64,000 nucleotides of DNA from Paludibacteraceae bacterium (GTDB lineage Bacteria; Bacteroidota; Bacteroidia; Bacteroidales; Paludibacteraceae): contig JALNVE010000002.1 in NCBI GenBank assembly GCA_023227695.1, forward strand, positions 13,767-77,766, given 5' to 3'. This document shows, piece after piece, positions 1 through 8,147 of the stretch. The translations under genes were made by a program, and so were the position numbers. The notes beneath the pieces are model-generated. The model ran no database searches, was not told the origin of the DNA, and saw only the letters and a list, made by a program, of their open reading frames with translations. Each line of letters starts with the position of its first letter. Position 1 is the stretch's first letter.

Positions 1-436
1 CTTGAAGAATTTCAAGTATTGCCTTATCATCAAGGATTGAACCCTTGTTTTTCTTTCTGAGGATAGAAATTGCGGACTTCATCTCCGGAGATTTGCTCTT
101 TTTAAAGAGATTTACATAAGTCGGTTTTTCCTTCTCTTGAAGTTTAACTTCTTCTGTGGGTTTGACAGGATTAATAATCTTTTTTTCCTGTTTCATTTCT
201 GTAATGTTCCCTTCTCCGTCTGATTTAGACCAACCCTTATCTGTACGCCTATAACCGCTTCCTGGATTTTTCTTATGTTCCGGGTCCCAGATATAGTCCT
301 GATCATTAGACCAACTGGCATTTGTCCATCCCCAGTCTTTTCCTAATGGTTTATTTCCATGATTTGGATCATACTCATATTTTGTATCAGCTTGAATCAA
401 TTTGGCGATAAAAATAAGTTTTTGACAAATATTCAT
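1..436 (-). CDS. hypothetical protein, 3' end cut by window edge
   Basis: ATG at 436-434 (minus) opens a frame with no stop down to base 1 (MNICQKLIFIAKLIQADTKYEYDPNHGNKPLGKDWGWTNASWSNDQDYIWDPEHKK...). It is absent from the ORF track because it is incomplete. No family recognised. Confidence 0.4.
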   Translation of the reverse strand, partial: MNICQKLIFIAKLIQADTKYEYDPNHGNKPLGKDWGWTNASWSNDQDYIWDPEHKKNPGSGYRRTDKGWSKSDGEGNITEMKQEKKIINPVKPTEEVKLQEKEKPTYVNLFKKSKSPEMKSAISILRKKNKGSILDDKAILEILQ

Positions 437-449
437 TTCTTTTCCTTTT

Positions 450-1250
450 TTACTTAATGATAGGGTCATTCTCTCTCAGAAGCATATCTATCGTTTCCAA
501 ACCGCCACTAAGGGGAATATTCATAGTCTTCTGATAGAGGGTTGTTATACTGGATTCTTCTTCCATTTGTTCTTTCATGAACCATTGACAAAGTTCTATG
601 ACTGCCACGTTATTCCCAGTTTCAGCGGACTTTGAAATAATCTGCCAATTTTTTGTCGTTTCTGTTTCTTTCACTAATGTCTGTTTGATGATGGTTTTCA
701 AATCTGTGGCAATCTGCTGGTCATTTATGACAGGGAAAGCGACACGGACGCTTGCTTCAGAAAGGAATGTGTATATCTTCATCGCATGTTCAGCTTCTCC
801 GTCTCCCTGACGAAGGAAATATTTTTCGAAGCCGGGATAACCGTTATTACCGAACCAAGACGCACAGCAACGGTAAAACGCCGAATTGGAAAGTTCCGCT
901 GCAAATTGTTTGTTCAACAGGTCCGCTGTCACCGGGTCAATAAAATCCGTAGTAGAAACGTCACCGACCATTGAAGCCGTAATTTTCTTTATCTTAACGT
1001 CTGCCATCTTATTTTTAACTGATTTTTCCTGAAGCATCGTAATCTGTAGTTCTTCTGGATCATGCTGATGGATGTTTCCGCAACCGCCCCAGTCCACGTA
1101 GATTTTTCTTATCTTTGGGTCTAAATCTACAACTATCCCGATCACCTTATGTCCTGTCGGCGCGTAACTTACCAAATCATTGACTCCGAAACCCAGAGTA
1201 TCTGAAAATTTCTTTAGGAATCTATCAACGGAAGACCTTCTTTCTACCAT
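450..1250 (-). CDS. ferritin-like protein with about 100-aa N-terminal extension
   Basis: The C-terminal ~165 aa follow the bacterial non-heme ferritin four-helix pattern with ferroxidase-type ligands (FAAELSNSAFY, GDGEAEHAMKIY, LCQWFMKEQMEEE). The N-terminal ~100 aa are unrelated to ferritin. Confidence 0.7.
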   Translation of the reverse strand: MVERRSSVDRFLKKFSDTLGFGVNDLVSYAPTGHKVIGIVVDLDPKIRKIYVDWGGCGNIHQHDPEELQITMLQEKSVKNKMADVKIKKITASMVGDVSTTDFIDPVTADLLNKQFAAELSNSAFYRCCASWFGNNGYPGFEKYFLRQGDGEAEHAMKIYTFLSEASVRVAFPVINDQQIATDLKTIIKQTLVKETETTKNWQIISKSAETGNNVAVIELCQWFMKEQMEEESSITTLYQKTMNIPLSGGLETIDMLLRENDPIIK

Positions 1251-1295
1251 ATTACACCTCTTATTTCGACTATACTTTATCTAGATTATCAAAAA

Positions 1296-1748
1296 TTATC
1301 TGATAACCGTTTTTGTTTGTGAAATAAATCTTCCTATCTCTATCGGGAATTTAGGAGAGAATTTCTTTTCCGTAGGTTTTATTTCAGTTATATTAGAAAG
1401 AGAAAATGACTTTATTTTTTTTTCCTTCATATCCCATCCGAAGAGCATTTTTCTAATTCCAACTTTTAACCTTAAATAGCGATAGCTATACGGTTCAATA
1501 ATATACCTTTTTAGTTCCGCCGTTGTGATTTTCCTATATGTTATTTCCACTGCTTTTTTTGAGAGAGCGGCATCCCTGAGAGTAAGCCGAAGTTCAAGAG
1601 AAAACGGAATTTTCTTGCGTCCGTATGCTTGTTGAACAAATTTTTTCAACGGGAGTTTGTTCTTTGTTGTGGAATAAGCTCTTGAAAGACCAAGTTTTCT
1701 CATTTCCTGAAGGAATATATTGTCTTGATACGTTGCTGGCATTGTCAA
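1296..1748 (-). CDS. hypothetical protein (weak WYL/Sm-like resemblance)
   Basis: ORF track. The segment ITYRK...RYIIEPYSYRYL...MLFGWD...KIKSFSLSNITEI resembles the WYL-domain core (IEPY..., ...FRLDRI). This is an eye match only. Confidence 0.35.
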   Translation of the reverse strand: MTMPATYQDNIFLQEMRKLGLSRAYSTTKNKLPLKKFVQQAYGRKKIPFSLELRLTLRDAALSKKAVEITYRKITTAELKRYIIEPYSYRYLRLKVGIRKMLFGWDMKEKKIKSFSLSNITEIKPTEKKFSPKFPIEIGRFISQTKTVIR

Positions 1749-2212
1749 ATCTCCCTTATGGATACGTAAAAGTTTCCTTCACTGAATTTGATAACTTCTA
1801 CATTCTTCTTATTTCCTGCTAAACCTGAAATGAAAGGAGATTCTCCTTCCCAGGCAAGACTCGCTTCATTAATAAAAGATAAGTAAAACCTAGCGATCCA
1901 CTTACTACCTGAAGGTTTTACCAAAGAAAGATTTTCAGTGAGAGTCAAGATGTTTGGAATCGTAATGCTGACTTTATTATCAGATTCAACAGTCGGCACA
2001 TCAAGGATTTCTTCCAACGCGGATATGCGGTTGTCAGATTCTGCGCCTGCCGCCCTTCCAGCCAATGCGGAAATCAATACGAGATATTCTGATAGCGTCT
2101 GTGTTTCCCCTTCCTCTGAAATCACTTTTACGTTGTCAAGAGATCCAAGAGAAAATCCATCTTTGATCAACGGGCTAGTCCCGTCGGTAAGCATATGTTT
2201 GAATCTTCTCAT
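1745..2212 (-). CDS. hypothetical protein
   Basis: ORF track. It has 4-nt overlaps with both neighbours, which suggests operon coupling. No family recognised. Confidence 0.5.
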   Translation of the reverse strand: MRRFKHMLTDGTSPLIKDGFSLGSLDNVKVISEEGETQTLSEYLVLISALAGRAAGAESDNRISALEEILDVPTVESDNKVSITIPNILTLTENLSLVKPSGSKWIARFYLSFINEASLAWEGESPFISGLAGNKKNVEVIKFSEGNFYVSIREI

Positions 2213-2514
2213 ACCCTAGTTTCTCCGTTTTGAGTGGCTTCCTGTGCAATCCCATCCGTATTCATTTTCCAGTTTTGATAGATTTCGCCTTCTCCTTTTG
2301 GATCTCTTTTATCTTCCGGATTTTCGGAGTACGCGGTGCAACTGGTTCCGAAATCCTGTGTAATCGTTTCTATACCCTGAAATCTGACGAGATAATAAAA
2401 TTCAGTACAGTTCTTCCTTCTCATACAATTTAGACATCCTTTACCGCTTGATCGTTTTATCGTTCCTAGTTTTGGATAATAGGAAAGTTCAGGCATATAT
2501 CCGTTTACGTTCAT
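2209..2514 (-). CDS. hypothetical Cys-containing protein
   Basis: ORF track. It overlaps the downstream ORF by 4 nt. No family recognised. Confidence 0.45.
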   Translation of the reverse strand: MNVNGYMPELSYYPKLGTIKRSSGKGCLNCMRRKNCTEFYYLVRFQGIETITQDFGTSCTAYSENPEDKRDPKGEGEIYQNWKMNTDGIAQEATQNGETRV

Positions 2515-2525
2515 TCTTATTTTAC

Positions 2526-2783
2526 CTATGATAAGTTCGTTGTCAGTTCATAGAAATCATCTGTTTTCGTGTCATGAATTTCCAACACGCCGGATTCATT
2601 GTTGACTTGAAAGACATACTTCCCTATTTTTAATGCAGAAAGTTCTGTAATATCTTCTTCTTTTTGGGTTATAACACGATTCTCTCCGATATACGTTCTG
2701 ACTTCGGTCTCATAAACAGTATCTGCGTCCTTTTTTTCAAGGGCATGATATTGGGATTCCGAAAGATATATCTTTGTTTTCAT
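2526..2783 (-). CDS. hypothetical protein
   Basis: ORF track. It ends in TAG, with a back-up TAA two codons later. Confidence 0.45.
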   Translation of the reverse strand: MKTKIYLSESQYHALEKKDADTVYETEVRTYIGENRVITQKEEDITELSALKIGKYVFQVNNESGVLEIHDTKTDDFYELTTNLS

Positions 2784-3691
2784 TCTTTCATCCCCCTGCT
2801 AAAACCGTAGAAGGACCAATTTCCCGCTCCTGATGTAATGATCTGAACCTTATGTCCATATGTAACGATATCGATATCCCGATCAAGCATCTCCGTATCT
2901 ACTGCGTAAATTTCCTCTATAGGATTATTCCCTATTATTTTAGAACCCAATTCTTGGGTGTCCCTTACGCTGAAATATACCTTACCCGATTTAACCTTTC
3001 CGTTATGCCTGACACAATAGGTCCATTCATTTACCGTCAATTCCGTTGCTGACGTATATGCGTCATTCGTCACCGTCATGTTCACGGGTACTGTATTTGA
3101 CCATGAAAAATTAACCATAGTATTCCAATCAAGTCTGTAATTCCCAAGGATTACATTTTCTGCTTTCAGCGTTGAAATGCTTCCGTTCGTAAGACTTGAA
3201 AACATTACGGAATAATCATTGGTATCTATGTTCTGGTTCATTTCCACCCATAGAGTCCCGTTCACGGTGAGATTGGAAATAAATGCTTCTGGTTCGTATT
3301 GTCGGATAAAAGAAGTATCTCCCTGAAGAGTGACTTCTTTCATTCCGTTCGTTGTAACCATATAAGGTCTGGCATTGCTAACCACAAGGAATTCATAACT
3401 TCCATCTATGTTGATAAGCTTTTTAGATAATCCTTCAAATAAATATAAGAAGTTAGATGCGTTTATATATACATTACTGCCGTTATCTAGAAAAGAAATC
3501 GCTTTCAAATTCGTAACGACATTGTAATCCGCATCTAAATCATTTCTTAGTTTTCCGTTTTGAATGGGGAAGGATCTTGTCTGGGATTGACAAAAAAATG
3601 CCGTTAAAACAAAACAAAAAAACCCAAGAACAAGTTTACGGTTCTTCTTCAAAAGCCCATCCGCCTGCTGTTTTGGCAACATCATTGACAT
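2780..3691 (-). CDS. hypothetical protein with N-terminal hydrophobic signal/anchor
   Basis: The N-terminus KLVLGFFCFVLTAFFCQS is signal-like, and the remainder is Asn/Thr/Ser-rich and looks beta-rich. It could be a secreted or virion protein. No family recognised. Confidence 0.45.
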   Translation of the reverse strand: MSMMLPKQQADGLLKKNRKLVLGFFCFVLTAFFCQSQTRSFPIQNGKLRNDLDADYNVVTNLKAISFLDNGSNVYINASNFLYLFEGLSKKLINIDGSYEFLVVSNARPYMVTTNGMKEVTLQGDTSFIRQYEPEAFISNLTVNGTLWVEMNQNIDTNDYSVMFSSLTNGSISTLKAENVILGNYRLDWNTMVNFSWSNTVPVNMTVTNDAYTSATELTVNEWTYCVRHNGKVKSGKVYFSVRDTQELGSKIIGNNPIEEIYAVDTEMLDRDIDIVTYGHKVQIITSGAGNWSFYGFSRGMKE

Positions 3692-4019
3692 TGATTAATT
3701 CCGTTTCTTTAAGAACATGAGTTCCTTGTACCCCGGTTTCTACAATAGTGATAGTGGAAGTTTTCGTGATTACAGGTGCAGGAATGCTTTGGGCTGTTGA
3801 AACTCCTGTTCCATTGTCAATACAGACATGAATATTCCCATATCCGTTCCTTGACAACGTTTCTGCCACCGGGTTCGGACTAGGTATATGGAAATTTCTA
3901 TATATGTTTCCTTCTCTGATATCGGAATCTACATCCCTTTTACCAGGTTCCCAGTACAGACGACTAGGATTTGTAAGTTGACTATGATCTATTTCTCTGG
4001 TCTTGATTATTGTTTGCAT
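3636..4019 (-). CDS. hypothetical protein
   Basis: ORF track. Its 3' end overlaps the 2780-3691 ORF start region in another frame. Confidence 0.4.
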   Translation of the reverse strand: MQTIIKTREIDHSQLTNPSRLYWEPGKRDVDSDIREGNIYRNFHIPSPNPVAETLSRNGYGNIHVCIDNGTGVSTAQSIPAPVITKTSTITIVETGVQGTHVLKETELINVNDVAKTAGGWAFEEEP

Positions 4020-4066
4020 TCCAATATCCTCACTGTTTATCTAAAAACAGACAGGAATATCAAAAA

Positions 4067-4288
4067 CTATTCCGTCCCCTGTTCAAAAACACCAACACAT
4101 TGCGCATATTCTTCAAGGTATGGATACATCGCCTGTGTAAGAATTTCTATCATTCTGTCCTTTGCCGCCTGTTGAGGAACATTGACTGCATTGAAAACAT
4201 CTGCGTCTTTTAGCATTTCAGCGTATGTTTTCCATAAACTCGCGACATTTTCATCTGTTCTTTCAACCACTTCCATATTATCTTCCAT
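4067..4288 (-). CDS. hypothetical small acidic protein
   Basis: ORF track. It ends in TAG. Confidence 0.4.
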   Translation of the reverse strand: MEDNMEVVERTDENVASLWKTYAEMLKDADVFNAVNVPQQAAKDRMIEILTQAMYPYLEEYAQCVGVFEQGTE

Positions 4289-4290
4289 TT

Positions 4291-5001
4291 TTAAACTCCT
4301 TTGAACTTTTCTAAGATAAGATTCATCGCTGTTTCCTTATCAAGGACTTTACCTTTTTCAATCCATTCGTCTCCCTTCTCTTCAAGGAAAGACATTACTT
4401 CTTTGATTTTGGGTCCAGGTTTAATATCCAATATCTTCATAATTTCAAGTCCGTCTAAGATGGAATCGTTCTTCGTGACGGGTTTGATCGCTTTCACTTT
4501 TTCTATCTTTTCACGAATAGAAGGAATATTATTGCCTTTCGGTATCTTACCCTGTTCATCGGCGGCTGCCAAATCAACCACAGCATCTACAAGTTCTTCC
4601 CCTACTTCACGAATAAATTTACGTATTCCGGCTGTTCCTGCGTCATGCAGCGCGTGTGGGCGCATATGGTTTTCTACGATTTTTCTGACATTGCGAATAA
4701 CATCCGTATCAAATTTAAGTCTACGGCAAACGGCTTCTGCTATTTCTCCGCTTACCTTTTCATGGCCGTAACTGTGAATGGCACCGTCAATAAGTTCGGT
4801 TGTAGATGCTTTACCAGCATCGTGAAGAAGCGCAGCCAATTGGTTTTCAATACCAGGCTTTGAATTCTGCAAAACCATCATTGTGTGTTTTAAAGAATCG
4901 CCTTGTTTCAATACAACGACATCTGGATGACACTGTGAAGTATTAAACTTTCGACAATTTTTGCAATAACTATCTCTCAAACAATAATCTGATGGATTCA
5001 T
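4291..5001 (-). CDS. cca: CCA-adding enzyme (tRNA nucleotidyltransferase), detached C-terminal HD-domain piece
   Basis: HD-domain pattern HTMMVL...LAALLHDAGK...GHEKVSGEIA...ENHMRPH. It picks up the class II CCA enzyme sequence just after the point where the 6160-7971 ORF stops (G-x-x-Q...KF / ...HPD). Confidence 0.75.
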   Translation of the reverse strand: MNPSDYCLRDSYCKNCRKFNTSQCHPDVVVLKQGDSLKHTMMVLQNSKPGIENQLAALLHDAGKASTTELIDGAIHSYGHEKVSGEIAEAVCRRLKFDTDVIRNVRKIVENHMRPHALHDAGTAGIRKFIREVGEELVDAVVDLAAADEQGKIPKGNNIPSIREKIEKVKAIKPVTKNDSILDGLEIMKILDIKPGPKIKEVMSFLEEKGDEWIEKGKVLDKETAMNLILEKFKGV

Positions 5002-5004
5002 AAT

Positions 5005-6105
5005 CTATTCTCCAATAAATTCCAAACATCTTTTCAAAACGGTGTCTTTATCTTCCTTATAATCACTTTCCCATATAATCAAAAATTCGTATCCTTTTTC
5101 TTTGGCATTTTTTATTTTATTGCTATCGATGGTTTCGACTTCAGACGCTGTTCTGTTAGTATATACCTGTTTCCATTTCCGTTTCTGGTCTTCGGTTAAG
5201 TTTGGATTGACGTGAAATTTGTCTCCATTAAACTCGATCACCTTCTTTATATCTTCTATAACGAAATCAAAATTTCTATTAGTTCCACAAGAAAATTCAT
5301 GGTTAAGTTCTCCAAAATAAATTCTTTTATACTTGACTGATATGTTTTTATAAATTTCTTGAAAAAGAATTTGAGAAATCTTAGAATATGGAGATAAATT
5401 TCGGTTCAGCCAAATTTTTCTCTTATTTGTTTCTTTTCTGATTTTATCACAACGTTGTTGATATTTCCTTTCTCCGATTTCTTTTCCGTACTTTTTAACA
5501 AACCAATCAAGTTTGTATATTTTCGAGATATTGTTTCTCCAAGATTTATATCTTTCTAATCCCTTTTCTTGTCCTAAAATATATTGAAATCTTTCAAGTG
5601 GGGATAAACCTTTCATCTTCTGAGAAAAGATATAAGCTTTGCCTGAACTTCTATCTAAGTATTCTTTCTTTAAGATAATTTTCCCGAATTCTTTTTCATA
5701 GTCTTCTTTATTAAAGTCTTTATGTCTCCATCTTAAGTGTTGACAGAGATTAATATATGTTTTTCCACAAAGTTCACACCTAATTTTTTCGTGTTCATGA
5801 ACGTGGTGATCAATTGAAAAATTTTCCTTAATATAGTCGTCATACTTAATTTCCTTGTGACAGTTTTTGAGGTGTGTACCAAGTCCAGACATTGACTTCG
5901 TTTGTTTTCCACACAGTCTACATAAATGAAGGAATTCTTTCTTCTCTATATTCTTAATTATTATCCCATAGAATTTTAAGAAATAGTCACAATAATTGAG
6001 ATCATTTTTATGAACAGTTTTGATGTGAGTTCGTAGGACATTAAAAGAAGAATATGTTTTGCCACATAACTTACATTCAGTTGGAAAAGTTAATCCATAA
6101 TTCAT
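5005..6105 (-). CDS. free-standing homing-endonuclease-like protein (3x C2H2 zinc fingers + Vsr/DUF559-like PD-(D/E)XK domain)
   Basis: There are three C-x2-C-x12-H-x3-4-H fingers (CKLCGKTYSSFNVLRTHIKTVH and two more). The C-terminus FDFVIEDIKKVIEFNGDKFH...GYEFLIIWESDY has the Vsr-like nuclease pattern. I moved the start to ATG 6105, which follows the RBS AGAGGTGG; the track start at 6135 is a TTG. It sits between the two halves of the CCA enzyme. Confidence 0.65.
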   Translation of the reverse strand: MNYGLTFPTECKLCGKTYSSFNVLRTHIKTVHKNDLNYCDYFLKFYGIIIKNIEKKEFLHLCRLCGKQTKSMSGLGTHLKNCHKEIKYDDYIKENFSIDHHVHEHEKIRCELCGKTYINLCQHLRWRHKDFNKEDYEKEFGKIILKKEYLDRSSGKAYIFSQKMKGLSPLERFQYILGQEKGLERYKSWRNNISKIYKLDWFVKKYGKEIGERKYQQRCDKIRKETNKRKIWLNRNLSPYSKISQILFQEIYKNISVKYKRIYFGELNHEFSCGTNRNFDFVIEDIKKVIEFNGDKFHVNPNLTEDQKRKWKQVYTNRTASEVETIDSNKIKNAKEKGYEFLIIWESDYKEDKDTVLKRCLEFIGE

Positions 6106-6159
6106 AACCACCTCTGTTATGAACAGACATATCAAAAAGAATGTTAGTAGGCATCTTCC

Positions 6160-7971
6160 TCATTTAGGAACGAAATTCTTACAAACACAATTACATCCTT
6201 CCTGAAACTTTTCATTCTGTTTAACACCCTTCAAAGATTCAATCTCAGGGAAGATGTATTTTAAGAGTCCTGTTGAATCAAAGAATTTGATTGCCTTTTG
6301 AAGTTTTCCTAGCTTCATGATCTTAATAAGTTCATCTCTGATCCTTTCTTCTGAAATCGTCTGAATCCTAGAAGAATTGGCCTTGACCGCTTTCAAAACA
6401 GAAAGAGGTACAGTCCAATTGTATTTACAAATAAAGCGAACAAGACGAATCATACGAAGTGCATCTTGGTTAAGAATCTTGTTGAAATCAACGTCTGGAT
6501 GTCCTCTTAGAATCCCTTTTTGAATATCAGATTTGCTGACGCCTGTAAGGTCTATGAATTCTCCGTTACTCAAATCTTTCATCATCATATTCGTTGTGAA
6601 GTCGCGACGTTTTACATCTTCTCCCAAATCCGCAAATTCCGTACTTCTCTGTCTGCTGTTAGGATCAGGATAGCTTTCCTTCATAGTTTCGGCAAATTCA
6701 ATGACGGCACCTTTTGTCCTATATGTTTCGCCTTCGAAAATAATATCTTCCTTAAAGGTAATCTGCCAAATGGGATAATTTCCCATATTTATAGGGTTTG
6801 TCGTTTCCTTTGAAAACAAGGCATGAAGTTGTTTCGTCAGTTTTTCAGGGCCTCCTTTTATATCTATCACTATGTCTAGGTCTTTGGGAAGATTTTTAAG
6901 AATACTATCCCTAACATATCCTCCGACGGAAAAAGTATGATGCGAAAATTCAGTATAACGTAGAAAGTTTAAAAAGAATTTTTCAACCTCCTTTTCTGGC
7001 GATTTATGATTTTCGTTCATGAGTTCTTTCCCTTCGAAGCTCAGTTCCGTGACAGTTTTCAATTCTTTGCCGAGAAGAATGCGATAATAATATCCATTCT
7101 TCTTACAAAAGTCAATAGCTACTTTCGCTTTTGTTACAACTTCTTCAGACATCCATCCCTTTACTTCTTCAATAATTTTAACTTCATTCCTTATGATAAG
7201 GAAATCTGGAACATAATACGTTTTCAACCCAGAAGAATTAACATATGGGATTCTAATTCCGTGCTTCTTTGTCCACATTATTCCTTCTGATTCGTATTCT
7301 TTCATCTTATTTCTTTCATAAGACGAATCATACCATTCTCTCGTGCCATCTTTTTTGAAGAACCAACCAGTTTCCCAATTGTTTCGGTTGTGGTATTTCC
7401 CTTCTGAAAGATTGCGAGAATATGTTTCTATTCTTCTTTCTAGTCTTGTTTTGTCATCCCACATATGAAGATTAGACATAACTTCTGATCTTCTATGTTT
7501 TTCTTTTTCGGTATTACAAGCTAATTTTTGCTTGGTTCTAAATTCTTCATTTCTCATCGGATTGTTATCAGAAATTTTTTGGCGAACGTCTGGTCTTTTA
7601 GAAACATTATTATCTCCCGTTTGCATTTCTCTTTTTCGACCCTTCCAGAATAAAGAAATTTTTTCTTTGGACGTTTCTCTTTTCATAGGATTGTCAGAAA
7701 TCATTCTTTCCTTCATCCTCTTGATCTCTTCTTTCGATATTTTGTGATGACCAGAACAAAACCTTCTTCCATAAGATGTGATTTGACCACAACCACACTG
7801 ACAAACTTGATCCCATTCTTTGTTTAATCTTTTTCTTTCTTCTTCTTTGAACTTAAGATATTCTGATCGACAAATATTACAATTCTTTAGATGAGAGTTC
7901 CATCTTGAATGCCCGAATTCAATCCCACAAAAGGAAATCGATGGAAGATGGATTTTATAGACAGAAGCCAT
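6160..7971 (-). CDS. cca: in-frame fusion: PD-(D/E)XK (TnsA-like) endonuclease module + CCA-adding enzyme head/neck domain
   Basis: Residues ~1-320 have Cys/His clusters, NUMOD3-like basic repeats and YYVPDFLI...IIEEVKGW, a restriction-fold nuclease motif. Residues ~320-603 carry the Pol-beta nucleotidyltransferase head (FSVGGYVRDSIL...DLDIV) and neck (KRRDFTTNMMM). An internal ATG at 7020 with RBS GAAGGGAAAG could also produce the CCA head alone. Confidence 0.7.
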   Translation of the reverse strand: MASVYKIHLPSISFCGIEFGHSRWNSHLKNCNICRSEYLKFKEEERKRLNKEWDQVCQCGCGQITSYGRRFCSGHHKISKEEIKRMKERMISDNPMKRETSKEKISLFWKGRKREMQTGDNNVSKRPDVRQKISDNNPMRNEEFRTKQKLACNTEKEKHRRSEVMSNLHMWDDKTRLERRIETYSRNLSEGKYHNRNNWETGWFFKKDGTREWYDSSYERNKMKEYESEGIMWTKKHGIRIPYVNSSGLKTYYVPDFLIIRNEVKIIEEVKGWMSEEVVTKAKVAIDFCKKNGYYYRILLGKELKTVTELSFEGKELMNENHKSPEKEVEKFFLNFLRYTEFSHHTFSVGGYVRDSILKNLPKDLDIVIDIKGGPEKLTKQLHALFSKETTNPINMGNYPIWQITFKEDIIFEGETYRTKGAVIEFAETMKESYPDPNSRQRSTEFADLGEDVKRRDFTTNMMMKDLSNGEFIDLTGVSKSDIQKGILRGHPDVDFNKILNQDALRMIRLVRFICKYNWTVPLSVLKAVKANSSRIQTISEERIRDELIKIMKLGKLQKAIKFFDSTGLLKYIFPEIESLKGVKQNEKFQEGCNCVCKNFVPK

Positions 7972-7983
7972 ATTAATTCTCTG

Positions 7984-8009
7984 TTTTTGATAATTTAAAT
8001 ATTATCAAA
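7984..8009 (-). other. AT-rich 10-bp inverted repeat (hairpin)
   Basis: ttttgataat-ttaaat-attatcaaaa. It overlaps the end of the cca stub, just upstream of the 7971 start codon. Confidence 0.4.
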
Positions 8010-8147
8010 AGAAATAACATATCCTCCAACAGCCCATACATGACCATTAAATCTAGTCGATGGTAAAAACTCTTTTAGTAATCTTTCAACTTCCTGTTCG
8101 GCAGTAGAAGATATGATTTTTTTGGCTATTTTGTTTATATCAATCAC
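7995..8147 (-). pseudogene. remnant 5' end of the CCA-adding enzyme gene
   Basis: My translation of the minus strand gives (GTG)IDINKIAKKIISSTAEQEVERLLKEFLPSTRFNGHVWAVGGYVISFDNI*. This aligns with PEKEVEKFFLNFLRYTEFSHHTFSVGGYV in the 6160-7971 ORF, and the similarity stops exactly at GGYV. Confidence 0.6.

Noticed and set aside
598-974. Antisense or alternative-frame ORFs from the track, e.g. 598-810, 752-943, 4301-4771, 8475-8735, 13616-13945, 21195-21599, 22692-23159, 37482-37778, 41342-41770, 46620-47042, 50001-50369, 54280-54711, 55854-56351 and 59886-60230
   Set aside because: Each lies entirely within a longer ORF that has recognisable domains or operon context. Their translations are low-complexity and rich in Ser, Leu, Phe or Arg, and they lack an RBS. 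I treat them as shadow ORFs.
4291-7971. An intein carrying a homing endonuclease inside the CCA-adding enzyme, because all three ORFs share one frame
   Set aside because: The frames are interrupted by TGA (6160) and TAG (5005). The endonuclease ORF has its own RBS and ATG. I see no intein block A (Cys/Ser followed by the splicing domain) or a terminal His-Asn plus nucleophile at the junctions.
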